A stretch of DNA of 64,000 bases from Podarcis melisellensis (lineage: Eukaryota), in assembly GCA_964234715.1 (NCBI GenBank), contig OZ174290.1; one strand, given 5' to 3'. The position numbers were made by a program, and so were the translations under genes. Shown piece by piece: positions 1 through 11,975 of the stretch (position 1 is the stretch's first letter; each line of letters opens with the position of its first letter). The notes under the pieces were generated by a model. The model saw only the letters and a list, made by a program, of their open reading frames with translations. It searched no databases and was not told where the DNA came from.

Positions 1-1334
1 CTATGGAGGCAGAAGATAGCCATTGTGGCTGGAAGACTCCCCTTGCAAAAACAAATGAGCTGCTGCTATACAGGAGAGAGGATTTGTTGCCTTTCTGGAT
101 GGCTCTGCAAATCGGAAGCTGCTAGAAGTTACCGGAACCTGTGTCATTACCAGTTAATTGGAGCAGCGTTTGGCTCTCCCAGGCAGCATTTCTCATTAAT
201 TCAGGCAATTAGCTGTACTGTATCACCTGGGAAACACTGTCATTGGGGAAAGAGAACTGATCCCTTTCAGGAAATGGATTTTTTCATTTTTTTAAAAAAA
301 GATCGCCTTATGTGGCTCTGGGGAGAAGGTGGAGATGGAGAGCTTGGCAAAACAGCTTGGAAACTAAAGTCTTGTGGCCTGAGCCTAATGACAGCATCAG
401 GGAAGGACTCTGGGGCAGATTTCCAGAGACTCACATTCAGGAAAAGGAACAGGGAACGCATACCCCTTCCCAAATGAAGCAGGAGTGGCTTACCACATTT
501 CAAAGAAAATAAAGTAATGCTTTGCTAAAGAGTTTGGGGGTCTTTAAGATGTGTGTCGTGCCAAAGCCCCATTCTGCATCCCCACCGCCCTGCCCACCAT
601 TCCCCCTCAATTAACAAGAAAAGAAATGGCGCTTGGAAGTTATCAGAAGGGAAATAAAATGTTCATGAAATTCTAACAAGCATTTTTGTTTTGCTTGCCT
701 CCCTTTTGAACTGGGCAGGGGGGTCTCTTAGAGTGTTCTTCCCTCCATTCTACAAACTAACTCACCAGTGGTCTGTACGCTACAGCTTTCCTGCATGCCC
801 ACATTGCCATCACAGGAAGTGCAGGCACCCAGGGAGGCTGCAAGGAGCTGGACAAATCTTTCCTAGGAAGGAAAACGCATAATGTCAAGGTTAGAAAAAT
901 GGCAGTGTCTTTTGCAGAGGAATAAAATATTCGAGAAACTGGAGAGCAGATTTCAGTTTAGCAGTACATAAGACCGTGAAGTCCAGAATCTAAAATTATC
1001 TAACTGTACTCACCTCCTGTGCTTCCAGCTTACATATCACCAGTGATAAAACACCTTCCCAAACTGGAGAAGTAGGTGAGTGAGTGAGTGGACCATTGGT
1101 CCATCTAACTTAGTAGTGTTTGTACTGACTGGCAGTGGCTTTCCAGGGCTTTCAGCAGGAGATTTTCTCCTAGCCCTACCTGAAGATGGAAACTCAGCCT
1201 GGGACCATTTTTCTCTGCAAAACAGGTGCTCTGTGAATGAGCTAAGGCCGTCTCCAATAGGGACTACCACACACAGCTTGCTTTCTTCTGTAATGGGTGG
1301 GGTTTTATAATGTGTATCTTTTGAACGTGCGCAG

Positions 1335-1407
1335 AAAGCAAGGGAGCCGAGAAGGGTTGAAGGATCCCGACCTGCCTGATGTATCTGAAGACGAGGCCAC
1401 ATCCTGA
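1335..1407 (+). CDS. CAMKK1: Terminal coding exon of calcium/calmodulin-dependent protein kinase kinase 1 (gene starts upstream of window)
   Basis: Acceptor ttttgaacgtgcgcag| then phase-2 exon encoding KQGSREGLKDPDLPDVSEDEATS*, which resembles the CAMKK1 C-terminus as I recall it (KEGFGEGGKSPELPGVQEDEAAS*). Not in the ORF track because it is short. Identification rests on this one short peptide. Confidence 0.7.
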
Positions 1408-3223
1408 AGCCCTGAGCATGTCACACACTGATCACTTAACTGCTGCTACCGTGACCATCGTATCCAGTGGTGTCGTCCTGCACGCCATGCTGTTTTCATC
1501 AACCAAAGTTTGTGACTTGAAAAGAGAGAGAGAGAGAGATCCCTGCTTTGCAGGTGGTTGGACTCGAAGTCCCTTTGGGTCCCTTCCAACTATCATATCA
1601 AAGACATAAAATGGTGGGAGTCCCATCTGGTGGGACAAGAAATGGCCTGTGGAAGAGCTGATTCTCTGGCAACTGGCTGCCCACATCTGTTTATGTCGTA
1701 AGACATTTTGATGTTGTATACTGGACCATGTGCCTCATATCTTCCAGTTGTGCTTCATGTTGTGATATATGTAGTCAGTGACGTACGGCAATTCGACCGA
1801 TGAATGTGCACCAAATGTTCTTTGCTAGAGAATGCTTGGTTCAGAACCACCCATGTACATCCCGGCTCCCGGCATTTATTTATTTTTTGTTTCGGAATTT
1901 CTCAGTCAGGTTGCCTGCTCAAGCCCAACGTTGTCTGTTACGCAACCTGCTATAATGGAACAGGTGTGTTCTAAGCTGCCTCCATTAAGCAGCCTTTTTA
2001 CCTTTTGGAATTTAATTGGCCCAACCTACTCCCAATATAAAGTAGACCTTGACACCAGGTGAATCACAAAGCTTCAGACCAGTTTTTCCCCACACCAAAC
2101 TATGCCTTTACTTACAAGTTTCAAGTCAAGCAGTTTTTGAGAAAATGCTTTAAAAATAAACAAACTTGTTTTACTCTTTGAGTACATACCCACAAAAGCA
2201 AATATAAATAGAGGTAAACCGCATCCAGTTAGACCTATTCTAGACTATCCCTAGCCCAGCAAATACTCATCAGTACAGTGGTTTCTAGTCTTCTCAGTTC
2301 AACTTCTCAAGACAGGATCCATTGCCGGTTTTCATCCTGGCCCTGTGCTTCAGGTTTCTGCTGTTTTCTTCAATAGAGTTCTTATTTCAGTTCTTTCTTA
2401 GTTCCTACCTCTGTGTTTCGGCTTTTTTCTCATAATTTCTTCAGCTCTGATCTCTTTTTTAAGCCTAATTTCTTTTATCAACTTTACATATGTACAAAAC
2501 TTCCCCTCGCAACCTTTTAGGCAATCAGAAGGGGAATAGAGTCCTGGTGAAGTTTCTGTTTTTCCCTAATTGCCAGGCTGAACCATTGGCCCTCTTGTGG
2601 AAAAAAACTTCTGCTTTGTATTTTAAACTTTCCTGTGTAAAACACCTTCCTGTGAGCTTTTGACCGCCCTGTGCAAAAGAGCATATCTCGGTGAACCCTG
2701 TGCTTTAAACAGGTGCCTTTTTGTTTAAAGAATGCATCAGAAACACTCCCATCCATGCCCACATCCATCATGCTTCAGCTGGTTCTGTAGGAAGCAGCTG
2801 GATCAAAGTCAGAAAATTGGAAGATATCAATTTATCTTCATCCATAGCTCTTGGGATTTGGTGATAGAGCTTGTAAGAGCTTGTCATCTCGTGGACTTTC
2901 AGAAGAGTCTGGAATTGATTCTGTAGATTCCCTGCAGTGGGATTGGTTGGAATCAGCCCCCTGTGCAATCTACAAAGCCTGGGGTTGGCTAGCATCAAGA
3001 AATGTTGATCATGCAGATCAAGGAGGGAGAGTAGTTAGTGGCCTGAAGATTGCCAGTCAATCTTGGATGCACAATCAGCACAAAGTAAAGCATCCCTAGG
3101 ATGAAAAGACCATGGCAAAATCTCTTGGAGTCTGTCTGAAGTTCCTGCAAGCAAATGCATAATGAGGAATGAAGCTCTGTGCCTGTATGATGATCAGAAC
3201 AGTGGCTTGTCTATATCCTACAG

Positions 3224-3358
3224 CAGGCATAGGCAAACTCGGCCCTCCAGATGTTTTGGGACTACAACTCCCATGACCCTAGCTAACAGGACCAGTGGTC
3301 AGGGATGATGGGAATTGTAGTCCCTAAACATCTGGAGGGCTGAGTTTGCCTATGCCTG
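3224..3358. mobile_element. Palindromic hAT MITE
   Basis: Arms CAGGCATAGGCAAACTC...GAGTTTGCCTATGCCTG; perfect 8-bp TSD TCCTACAG. Confidence 0.9.
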
Positions 3359-3733
3359 TCCTACAGCGACCAAAAGCAGCTTACTGTGAATTGCTGTAGG
3401 AAGGAAGGAAGGGACTAAAGGAGACAGGTTGCTTGCAAAATAATTTCAATTTGTCTTTGCTCAAGGATAATCTTCTCCAAGTCACTGAGTCAAACCTGAT
3501 TCCTCCCTTCCTTCCTTCCTTCTGAAGCCACGCAAGCCTGTACCTGCTAAATTTTTACAGCAGTTGGTGCAGGAATTGAGCCTACAAAATCTTTAAAAGA
3601 CTATTAAAGGTTTTTTGGATTTTTTAAGGGTGGAAGGTGCAGGAAATGGGTCAGCCATTAACAGCACCCCTGGCTACCCTAGAACGTGAATCCTTTTATT
3701 CCGTTTTTTGTGGGGGGGAGTAATGATAGCAGT

Positions 3734-4087
3734 GGGACGCAGGTGGCGCTGTGGGTTAAACCACAGAGCCTAGGACTTGCCAATCAGAAGGTCGGCGGTT
3801 CAAATCCCTGTGACGGGGTGAGCTCCCGTTGCTCAGTCCCTGTTCCTGCCTACCTAGCAGTTCGAAAGCACCTCAAAGTGCAAGTAGATAAATAGGTAAC
3901 GCTCCAGCGGGAAGTAAATGGCGTTTCCGTGCACTGCTCTGGTTCTCCAGAAGTGGCTTAGTCCTGCTGGCCACATGACCCGGAAGCTGTACGCTGGCTC
4001 CCTTGGCCAATAAAGTGAGATGAGTGCCGCAACCCCAGAGTCAGCCACAACTGGACCTAATGGTCAGGGGTCCCTTTACCTTTACCT
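3734..4087 (+). mobile_element. Sauria SINE, full length
   Basis: tRNA-like head GGGACGCAGGTGGCGCTGTGG...GGTTCAAATCCC; (ACCTTT)n tail; three other copies in window. Confidence 0.85.
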
Positions 4088-5691
4088 AAATCATAGCAGC
4101 AGTAATCAGACTCACAAAAAGACTGTGCGCAAAAATCAACAAAAGGAAAACCAGTGGCTTTACTAACAGAAGATTGGAAGTTCATCTGTGCTTCAACTAG
4201 TAAGAGAGGAGACATTAAATTCAATTCAATCTGCATTTGAAAGGAGAACCTACTTAATCTACACTGTAGCAATATGTCTTATATATAACTGGACCTTGGA
4301 GCTTTTTTAAAACAACAAGAAGTGGTTTATAAATTTTCTAAGTAAAATACATCTAACTAGGAGCTGTCACCCCTCCTTGCTCTTCTGGTCAACCCCACCA
4401 AACCTCCACCCCTTTTCCATCCCCTTCTGCCCACGCCAACCAGTTCCAAGGCAAATGTATCAAAATCTCATTCTACAAAGCAATATGCAAGCCAAAAACT
4501 CAGGCGTCTCTCAAAATTCACACATCTCTGAATTTTGCAAGGCACTTCTCCCGCTAACTTATGTGGTCAAAAATGCACATGGCTAGGTGCAAAGTGTGCT
4601 TAGGAATGCATATATTAGAGAGAACTACATACAGAAATGCACTGAGAAAAATTGCTTTGCAAGATGTGTATGTTGGGAGAAATTGGGACCGAAACGCTCA
4701 AGGATTTTCCAGCCCTCAGGAAGTTTCTGTTGAAATCTGCTTCCCTGTTTCTCCCTGTTTCATTCTAGTCCCATCTTTTCTGCCCCCATCTTTCACGTTT
4801 GTAGGGAATTGTGGAATGACCGCCCTTTTCTTTCTGTAAGACTGACGCTCAAATTTATCATTCCCAACATTCAGAGCTGTATTCCATCTCTCTGGGAATT
4901 ATAGCCAGCCGTTCTTCACCCTCCCCAAATTGGCTTCAGCAAATCCTGTCGTTTTCCAGACTTGCAGCAGTCAGTCCGTCATCCATTCCTGATATTTCCT
5001 CACCAAACCATCCATTGCTACCTCACGAATTACTGCTAATCCTGTTCAAGTAGTTATTAATTTGATGTCTGTAAAGTGTGCTTTATAACCGTAAGTGGGC
5101 CAATAGGCAATATAATTCCTCTTGCATGGCTGGCGAGCATGAAACTCGTGAAACTCAACAGGATATTAGTTCATATTGAGCATGGATACAGTGTCAGCAC
5201 TCCATGTTTACAATAGTCCTGTATAATGGGCTAGTTTGATTGCCCCAGTGTTACAGTTGGGTTCCAAAGCTGGCATTTGGCGGCTTGGCTGAGAGTTCCC
5301 AGCTGGGATGAGACTTAGTAATAATAATAATAATTTTATTATTGGTTCCCCACTCTTCTGACTGGGTTGCCCCAGCTACTCTGGGCAGCTTCCAACATAT
5401 CTAAAAACATAAGAAAACATCAAAGCTTTAAAAACTTCCCTATACAAGGTTGCCTTCAGATGTCTTCTAAAAGAGTTACTTATCTCCTTGGCATCTGATG
5501 GGAGGGCATTCCACAGGGAGGGTGCCACCACCAAGAAGGCCCTCTGCCTGGTTCCTTGTACCAGGGACTTGGAACCAAAGATGGTTCTGGCTTCTAGCTT
5601 CTGCTCTTACCGGTGACCATAGATTAATGCAGATTTGTCCCAGTCGCTGAAGCATTGGAGTGGGCTTGGATGTTCCTGCAAATAGGGCCAG

Positions 5692-5961
5692 GGAGCTCCT
5701 GCCAGCCTAGCAGTTTGAAAGCACACCCAAAAAAGTGCAAGTAGATAAATAGGTACCACTCCGGCGGGAAGGTAAACGGCGTTTCTGTGCGCTGCTCTGG
5801 TTTCAGTGTTCTGTTGCGCCAGAAGTGGCTTAGTCATGCTGGCCACATGACCCAGAAGCTGTATGCTGGCTCCCTCGGCCAATAAAGTGAGATGAGCACC
5901 GCAACCCCAGAGTCATCTGCGACCGGACATAACTGTCAGGGGTCCGTTACCTTTACCTTTT
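5692..5961 (+). mobile_element. Sauria SINE, 5' truncated
   Basis: Body matches 3734-4087; ACCTTT tail. Confidence 0.8.
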
Positions 5962-7489
5962 AAGACCTTTTGAGGCTCTAAGCACTGAAAACATTGCGGT
6001 GCCCTCCACCCCCTCAAAAAAAAAAAAAACCACCCTTGTAATTAAAAATAAAAACTGTACTAAAGTTATTTTTTAATGACGCGGAGCCTACATGTATGCC
6101 TGCCTAAGTTAAGATAGCCACATTCTGGATTTTCTGATTGCAAAAGTCTCAAGCAGCTCATCTAGGCTGCACATTGCAAAGGTAGGTAAGATAAGTCAAG
6201 CCTCTCCTGAAATGTTGTTCCCTGAGGGTTTTTTTTAATTTCCAGTTGAGTAAAAGAGCATTCTGCAGAGCAGTAATTGCCAGTTAGAAAAGTGATGGCT
6301 GCTTCAATGTTGTTGTTTTTTTAAAATGTCAAATTATTGTTAATTCAATTTATATGCCGCCCGTTATCAAAAGATCCCAGGGTGGTGTAAAACATTAAAA
6401 ACACATTGCAGAACATCTGTAATAAAATCATAATGAAATGCATACTGACAGACAGCCTAATAATAAAATATCATCATGATAGCAGTCCTCTCCCCCACAC
6501 TTTCACAAGCCATAGATTATTTAATAGCCATAGGCCCGGCTAAAGAGGAATGTTTTTGCCTGGCACCTAAAGGCATGTAGTGATGGTGCCAGGCAAGCAC
6601 CTTTGGGGAGAGCATTCCATGATCGGGGGGCTACAACAAAAAAGGCCCCGTTCTATGGGATGAGGGACATAGAAAAGGGACTCTGATGACGAGTGCAGGG
6701 TCCGGGTCGGTTCATACGGGTTCAAATTCTCCCCCCTCCCTAATTCTTTCCCCCCTTTTTTTCTTCTTGTACTGGTGTCCTAAGCACTTGCTGTGATTTC
6801 TGCATTGTAGGGGCTTGGCCTAGATGACCCTTGACCCCCCCAACTCTACCATTCTATGCTTCTGTTGGGTAAACTAGCACTGTCTGCAAATGGCATTCCT
6901 GCCATGTGTGCAGTTATCCTTTGGCAGTGAACAGAATAACCCCCTACTTGTCCATATCTCTGAGGCTCAGGAGCGACTTCAGCTTTTTAAGATCTGCATG
7001 CCATCACACTGCTGTCACCGTTACAGAAAATCTGCTATGATCACATCCCTTATTCCAAACGGGTGTACGCTTCTCAGCTAGTTATATTCTTGATGTTGTC
7101 ATGTGCCTTATTTAAGACTCTGTAATAGACACACGCCCACACCCCAAAATATGATGTCGAGAACATATAGAGGATAGCATTTAAATCCACGCTGCCACAT
7201 CTCTTACTTCCCCTGCTTTGTACCCAAGCCACCGGCCCGTTGTCTGTCGACGTGTATGTGTCTGTTGTGAAAGCCAACCTATATTTCTCCCTAGGTGTGT
7301 GCATGTCTATGTGTACATGCACAAAACTGAAAGCATGAGTCGTACACAGCGATGGCATTCGAGACCATTGCTGCACTGTAAATATGTACCATGAATATAG
7401 AGAGAGCCTATTTAGGGCAGGGCGGGGTGGCGGGTTGCATGCTTTTGTACTGTACTCTGGAAAATGGAAATGCAGGGGGTGGGAATTCC

Positions 7490-7510
7490 AATAAAAGTCC
7501 TTGGAATAAA
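7490..7510 (+). terminator. Tandem AATAAA, candidate distal poly(A) signal of CAMKK1
   Basis: AATAAA at 7490-7495 and 7505-7510 at the end of a repeat-poor, UTR-like stretch (TGTA and TATTTA motifs). Confidence 0.35.
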
Positions 7511-8277
7511 CCAATTGTCTGATGAAGTGATTGAAATGGAAGCCCACATAGATTCCTTTGGGCATTTCATCAGGGAGTGGCACACTTTTAAGCCTGTAGA
7601 GCTGGAGACTCTTAGGGTCGTAGGTTCTAGCCCCGTGTTGGAGAAGATTCCTGCATTGGACCGGATGACCTTTGGGGTTCCTCGCCACTCCCAATTCTAT
7701 ATCACACTTGCCTTGTGTGTTCTGGCCTCTTTTTTTGTAGAAAATCAAGACAGTTGTAGTGAGAGATTTAAGGCTGCAATCTCATGGGACCATAGGATAC
7801 TTCAGAATCCCCTTCCCGATGCTGCAGATCTGATGTCTGCTCCCTGTGGCCATGGAAACATCCCTAGCCCTACCAAGGTTGCCGCTTTGATGTTGGTAGC
7901 TACAAAGAGAAGTCTTTGTGGTTTAGAAATGTGCCAGGGCGGGCCTGGAAAACCACTGGGATGAAAAAGAGCCAAAGATCTCCGGGTCTCCTGACATACC
8001 CCAAACCGAGGAGAGACTTGAGCCTAAATCTTTCCCTCCTGTTATTTGCAATGGGAAGCAAAGCTATTTTTAAAAAAGCAATTTAAAAGGTTGGAAACAG
8101 AGGGACATACCTGTTCAGCTTTTACCACACTCCCCATAGGCTCTTAGCCTGAAATACCCTTTTCTCCCACTCACTTTGAAATAGGATGTGCCAAGTTATG
8201 AGGCGCTCAGAAGCTTGCTTCTATGCAACATGGCCTGTAAAAAGGGTATTATTTAAAAACACTTTCAGAATTCCCTT

Positions 8278-8294
8278 GGTGCCCTCTGCTGGCC
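8278..8294 (-). promoter_or_regulatory. CTCF-like motif between the convergent CAMKK1 and C1QBP 3' ends
   Basis: Minus strand reads GGCCAGCAGAGGGCACC, a close match to the CTCF core. Confidence 0.45.
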
Positions 8295-9249
8295 TAAATA
8301 TTCAATAGTTTTGTTTATGCATTGGGCGGACTCCAACCACATTTGTTTTGATTTGCTCCGAGGTGTAGCGGTTTAGGGTTGCAGAAGATCAAAAGACCCG
8401 TTACTATTTCTGTGGCAGGGACTGTGTGTGTCTCTAACATCCTAGAACCAGCCAAGGGTTGACGCTTCTTGGCCACAAAAAAGAAATCTTTCAACACTTT
8501 GTACTGATTGGAGCCAATCAGTGAAAGGAGTCAGTCCCCTAAAGATAAGCTCCTAGGGTCACTCTGCAGAAGGGGCACGGGAAGAACATCGAGGAATTGT
8601 TCTGCACGATTCAAAGCTAAGCATTTAGGAACCCTAAAAACAGAAGGCGCCCCAATTTCAAGAATGTGCAAGCTTTGCTGCGTACAATGGAACTTCAGCG
8701 GAAACACAATTTAGGTCACTAAGATTATATTGGAGCACTCCAAATCATTTGCCCATGTCTGTGTACGGAAAGTAGATCCAGCTGAAAGGCAACATGTGGA
8801 GATCAGTTTTCATCATTACAGTGTATTCCTAAGTAGCATTGTTTAAGAGGATTGTATAATCTTAGAAGGGGGTATAGCTGTGAAGATGTAACTATCATGA
8901 CAGGATCCTGCACTTCTGACTCTGCCGCTTACAATAATGTGAATACTCACAACCTGCCCTTCACCAAACCGTTTCAGGCTGGAGTAAAACACGAAATCGA
9001 TATAACAAGTTAAAAGAACATGTAACATGAGACCAGAGTTAAAACCACAGATGTAACTAAGCAGAAATGCACCGTTGATTTTGTGCTGTGCGGTTTAAAG
9101 CTTGGTATGTCAACTCACAGTGTTGAAGCATGCCTTTATAATCCCACAAAGCTAACGAAGACATTACTAACTAGAGGGTTGTGCCACCTGGCTGGAACTC
9201 CTAGAGGGGCTGGTTGTTAGCAGTGGCACAGCCATCCTGTGTACATGTG

Positions 9250-9290
<41 letters not shown>
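9250..9290. repeat. (CA)n microsatellite
   Basis: About 20 uninterrupted AC units. Confidence 0.95.
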
Positions 9291-9292
<2 letters not shown>

Positions 9293-9725
9293 AGCTTGTC
9301 CATCTAAGGTGAGGTCTGGCTGAAAAAGCAACGAACAAGTCAACAACACCGTTCACTCTACACAGACAAAAGCCTTCAACTGGTTTTATTTTGAGATCAT
9401 TTTCTTTTCCTTCTTCAACTGTTCCAAAAACCCCAACCACACTTCCAAGGGCGAGAGGAGGCTACGGGGTTTTACAAAAACTTCGAAGCGGATCTGCGAG
9501 ACGCCGGTCAGGTCGTGAACAAGACCGCTGCAGGGTTCTGAAACAGTGACATCTCCTCCTTCCAAGGATGCATGTTTAACACACACATCCCGTGTGAAGC
9601 TCCCATTTCTCACTCTCATTCCACAGCGTTTGGAAACAAAGTCCAGCCTTCAGTGGGAAGAAAAAAAGCAAAGGAAATTGAGGACCCCCCCCCCCGAATA
9701 TACAAGCCCTGACACTCTTCTCAGC

Positions 9726-9875
9726 CTACTGGCATTTGACAAAGAGTTTAAGGTCTTCGAGGAATCGAATGTATTCCCGGTGCTCCAGCGCTGTGCTGAG
9801 GTCAACAAGCTCATCCGCAAATGTGTTGTCTACCCCTCGGTCAGCCAAGAAGTCCATCAGGTGGTCATACAGAGC
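9726..9875 (-). CDS. C1QBP: C1QBP exon 6 (last coding exon)
   Basis: ALYDHLMDFLADRGVDNTFADELVDLSTALEHREYIRFLEDLKLFVKCQ*; AATAAA on minus strand at 9385-9390. Confidence 0.95.
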   Translation of the reverse strand, partial: ALYDHLMDFLADRGVDNTFADELVDLSTALEHREYIRFLEDLKLFVKCQ

Positions 9876-11944
9876 CTAGGAATATAATGGGATTTAGGGA
9901 GGCAGGAAGAGAGTGAGTGAGTGTGAGTGTCACAAAAACGCAATAGCTGTTACACTCCTTTCTGCTAGGTAAACCTGGGTTTGCCACAAACATGTACAGT
10001 GGTGCCTCGCAAGACGAAATTAATTCGTTCCGCAAGTCTTCGTCTTGCGAGTTTTTCATCTTGCGAAGCACGGTTTCCCATAGGAATGCATTCTGAAGGC
10101 TGGCGGGGGGCGAAAGTCTTTGCTTCCCCCCGCCTGCCTTCCGGGACAGCGGAGACTTCTCCGCTGTCCTGGGGCGATCTTAAAATGCTGGCAGGCGGCA
10201 GCGGAGGACTTCTCCACTGTCCGGGGCGATCTTAAAATGCTGGCGGGCGGCAGCGCTGCCGCCCGCCAGCATTTTAAAATCGCCCCGGGACAGCAGAGGA
10301 ATTCTCCGCTGTCCCGGGGCGATTTAAAAGCCCCCGGGAAGGCAGGCAGGGGGGACAAGGTCCAGGACCTCTTCTGAAGGCGGGCGGGGGGCAAAAGTCT
10401 TTGCTCCCCCCGCCTGTCTTCAAAAGCCCTCCGGGATAGCGAGAAGCGCTTCCCTGCTATCCCGGACTGCTTTTAAAATGCTGGCGGTGGGGAGCAAAGC
10501 CTTTTGGCCCCCGCCGGCCTTCCTGGACCTCTTCTGAAGGCCGGAGGGGGGGGGGAAAGGCCTTGCTCCCCACCGCTAGCATTTAAAAGAGGTCCCCGGA
10601 GATTTCCCTATGGGCTTTCTTCTTGCGAAGCAAGCCCATAGGGAAATTCGTCTTGCGAAGCGCCTCCAAAACGGAAAACCCTTTCGTCTAGCGGGTTTTT
10701 CGTCTTGCGAGGCGTTCGTCTTGCGGGGCACCACTGTACTTGGGAGCTCTGTGTAGCTCCCAACCAAGTGCACCTGTGTGATTCTGGAACTTTTCACATT
10801 TTTCTGGAAAATCCACATGATTCAGCGTTGAGCTCTTGCAGAGGACATAATGCATCTTTCTAACACGATACCCAAGAGGCGTCAAGGAAGACATGTGGAT
10901 ATCCTTTCATAAATGCACACAAGGGTCCTTTGCAGTGCACAAGATTTCCTTACACACTCGTATTAGCAGGTTTGCTAATATTAGCAGGTTTGCTAGGCAA
11001 GCTTGCAGCCAGACTAATCTGCGTTTCCGTAAAACCGAAAATACAGTCGTGCAAAATAAGAGCACCACCCAAGCGCATGTACCCTAGTTATGCAGCTGCT
11101 CCTACCCAATCGAGAGAGTCCGTGTTGAGGGTGTAATTATTGTCTCTCCATTCTGAGTCTCCGGTGGGCTGGAAGCTGACCTCTCGGATGGAGAAGATGT
11201 CGCTGTCTTCTTCTTCGCCAGGAGCAACCTGGTTCGTTTTTTAAAGGGGGTGGTTAGAAACAACCCAGTTGGCAGGAATGAAAAATAAAGTGGTGGGTGG
11301 GTGGCTTTAAGATAGTTTTGTATTAAGCTTTTTTTGGGGGGAGGGGGTTATGCTGGTAGATGCAGAGCAGCTAAACAAGGTCCAATCGTGGGATGCTAAG
11401 CCACACTCCCCCCCCCCAAGAAAACCCTTCCCTCCAACCTGTGGGCCTGGCAGAAGCACTCTCACTGCTCCCCCAAAGTGCATGACGTAGGGCTCCCCTT
11501 CCATGCCGTATGACAGTTCTCCCCACGGACCTGATCCAGATTTCACTGAGACTGCTACCCTCCAATAGCTGGGGGGGTGGGGTGTTTCTATTCATTTATT
11601 TAATAAAATTTATACGCCACTTCCGATTGTAAAAAAACAACCTCAAAGCAGTTCACAAAAAAGATAAAACAATAAAATTATCAGTAAGAAAAATGGAACA
11701 ATAATTTGAGGCTTTCCAAATGTTAAGGTAGCAATAGACCAAAAGCAGATTAAAACTGGGGTCAACTTTCTAAACATCTCCCTAAACAAAAATGCCTTTT
11801 AAAAACCTCTTTTAAAATGTGAGAGTTATTGGGTTGCTGCTGATTATGCTGATTGGGTTTGATTTTGATTATGTATTTTGTGGTTTTATATTTTGATTTT
11901 ATTCTGTGAACCACCCTGAGACCTGTGGGTATAGGGCAGTATAT

Positions 11945-11975
<31 letters not shown>

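Noticed and set aside
25-477. 150-aa ORF at the window start
   Set aside because: Non-ATG start, no kinase-like or other recognisable sequence; probably CAMKK1 intron
7074-7964. Overlapping 224-aa (-) and 166-aa (+) ORFs
   Set aside because: No recognisable domain; they run through a SINE/CR1-tail fragment and UTR-like sequence, so they are probably chance ORFs
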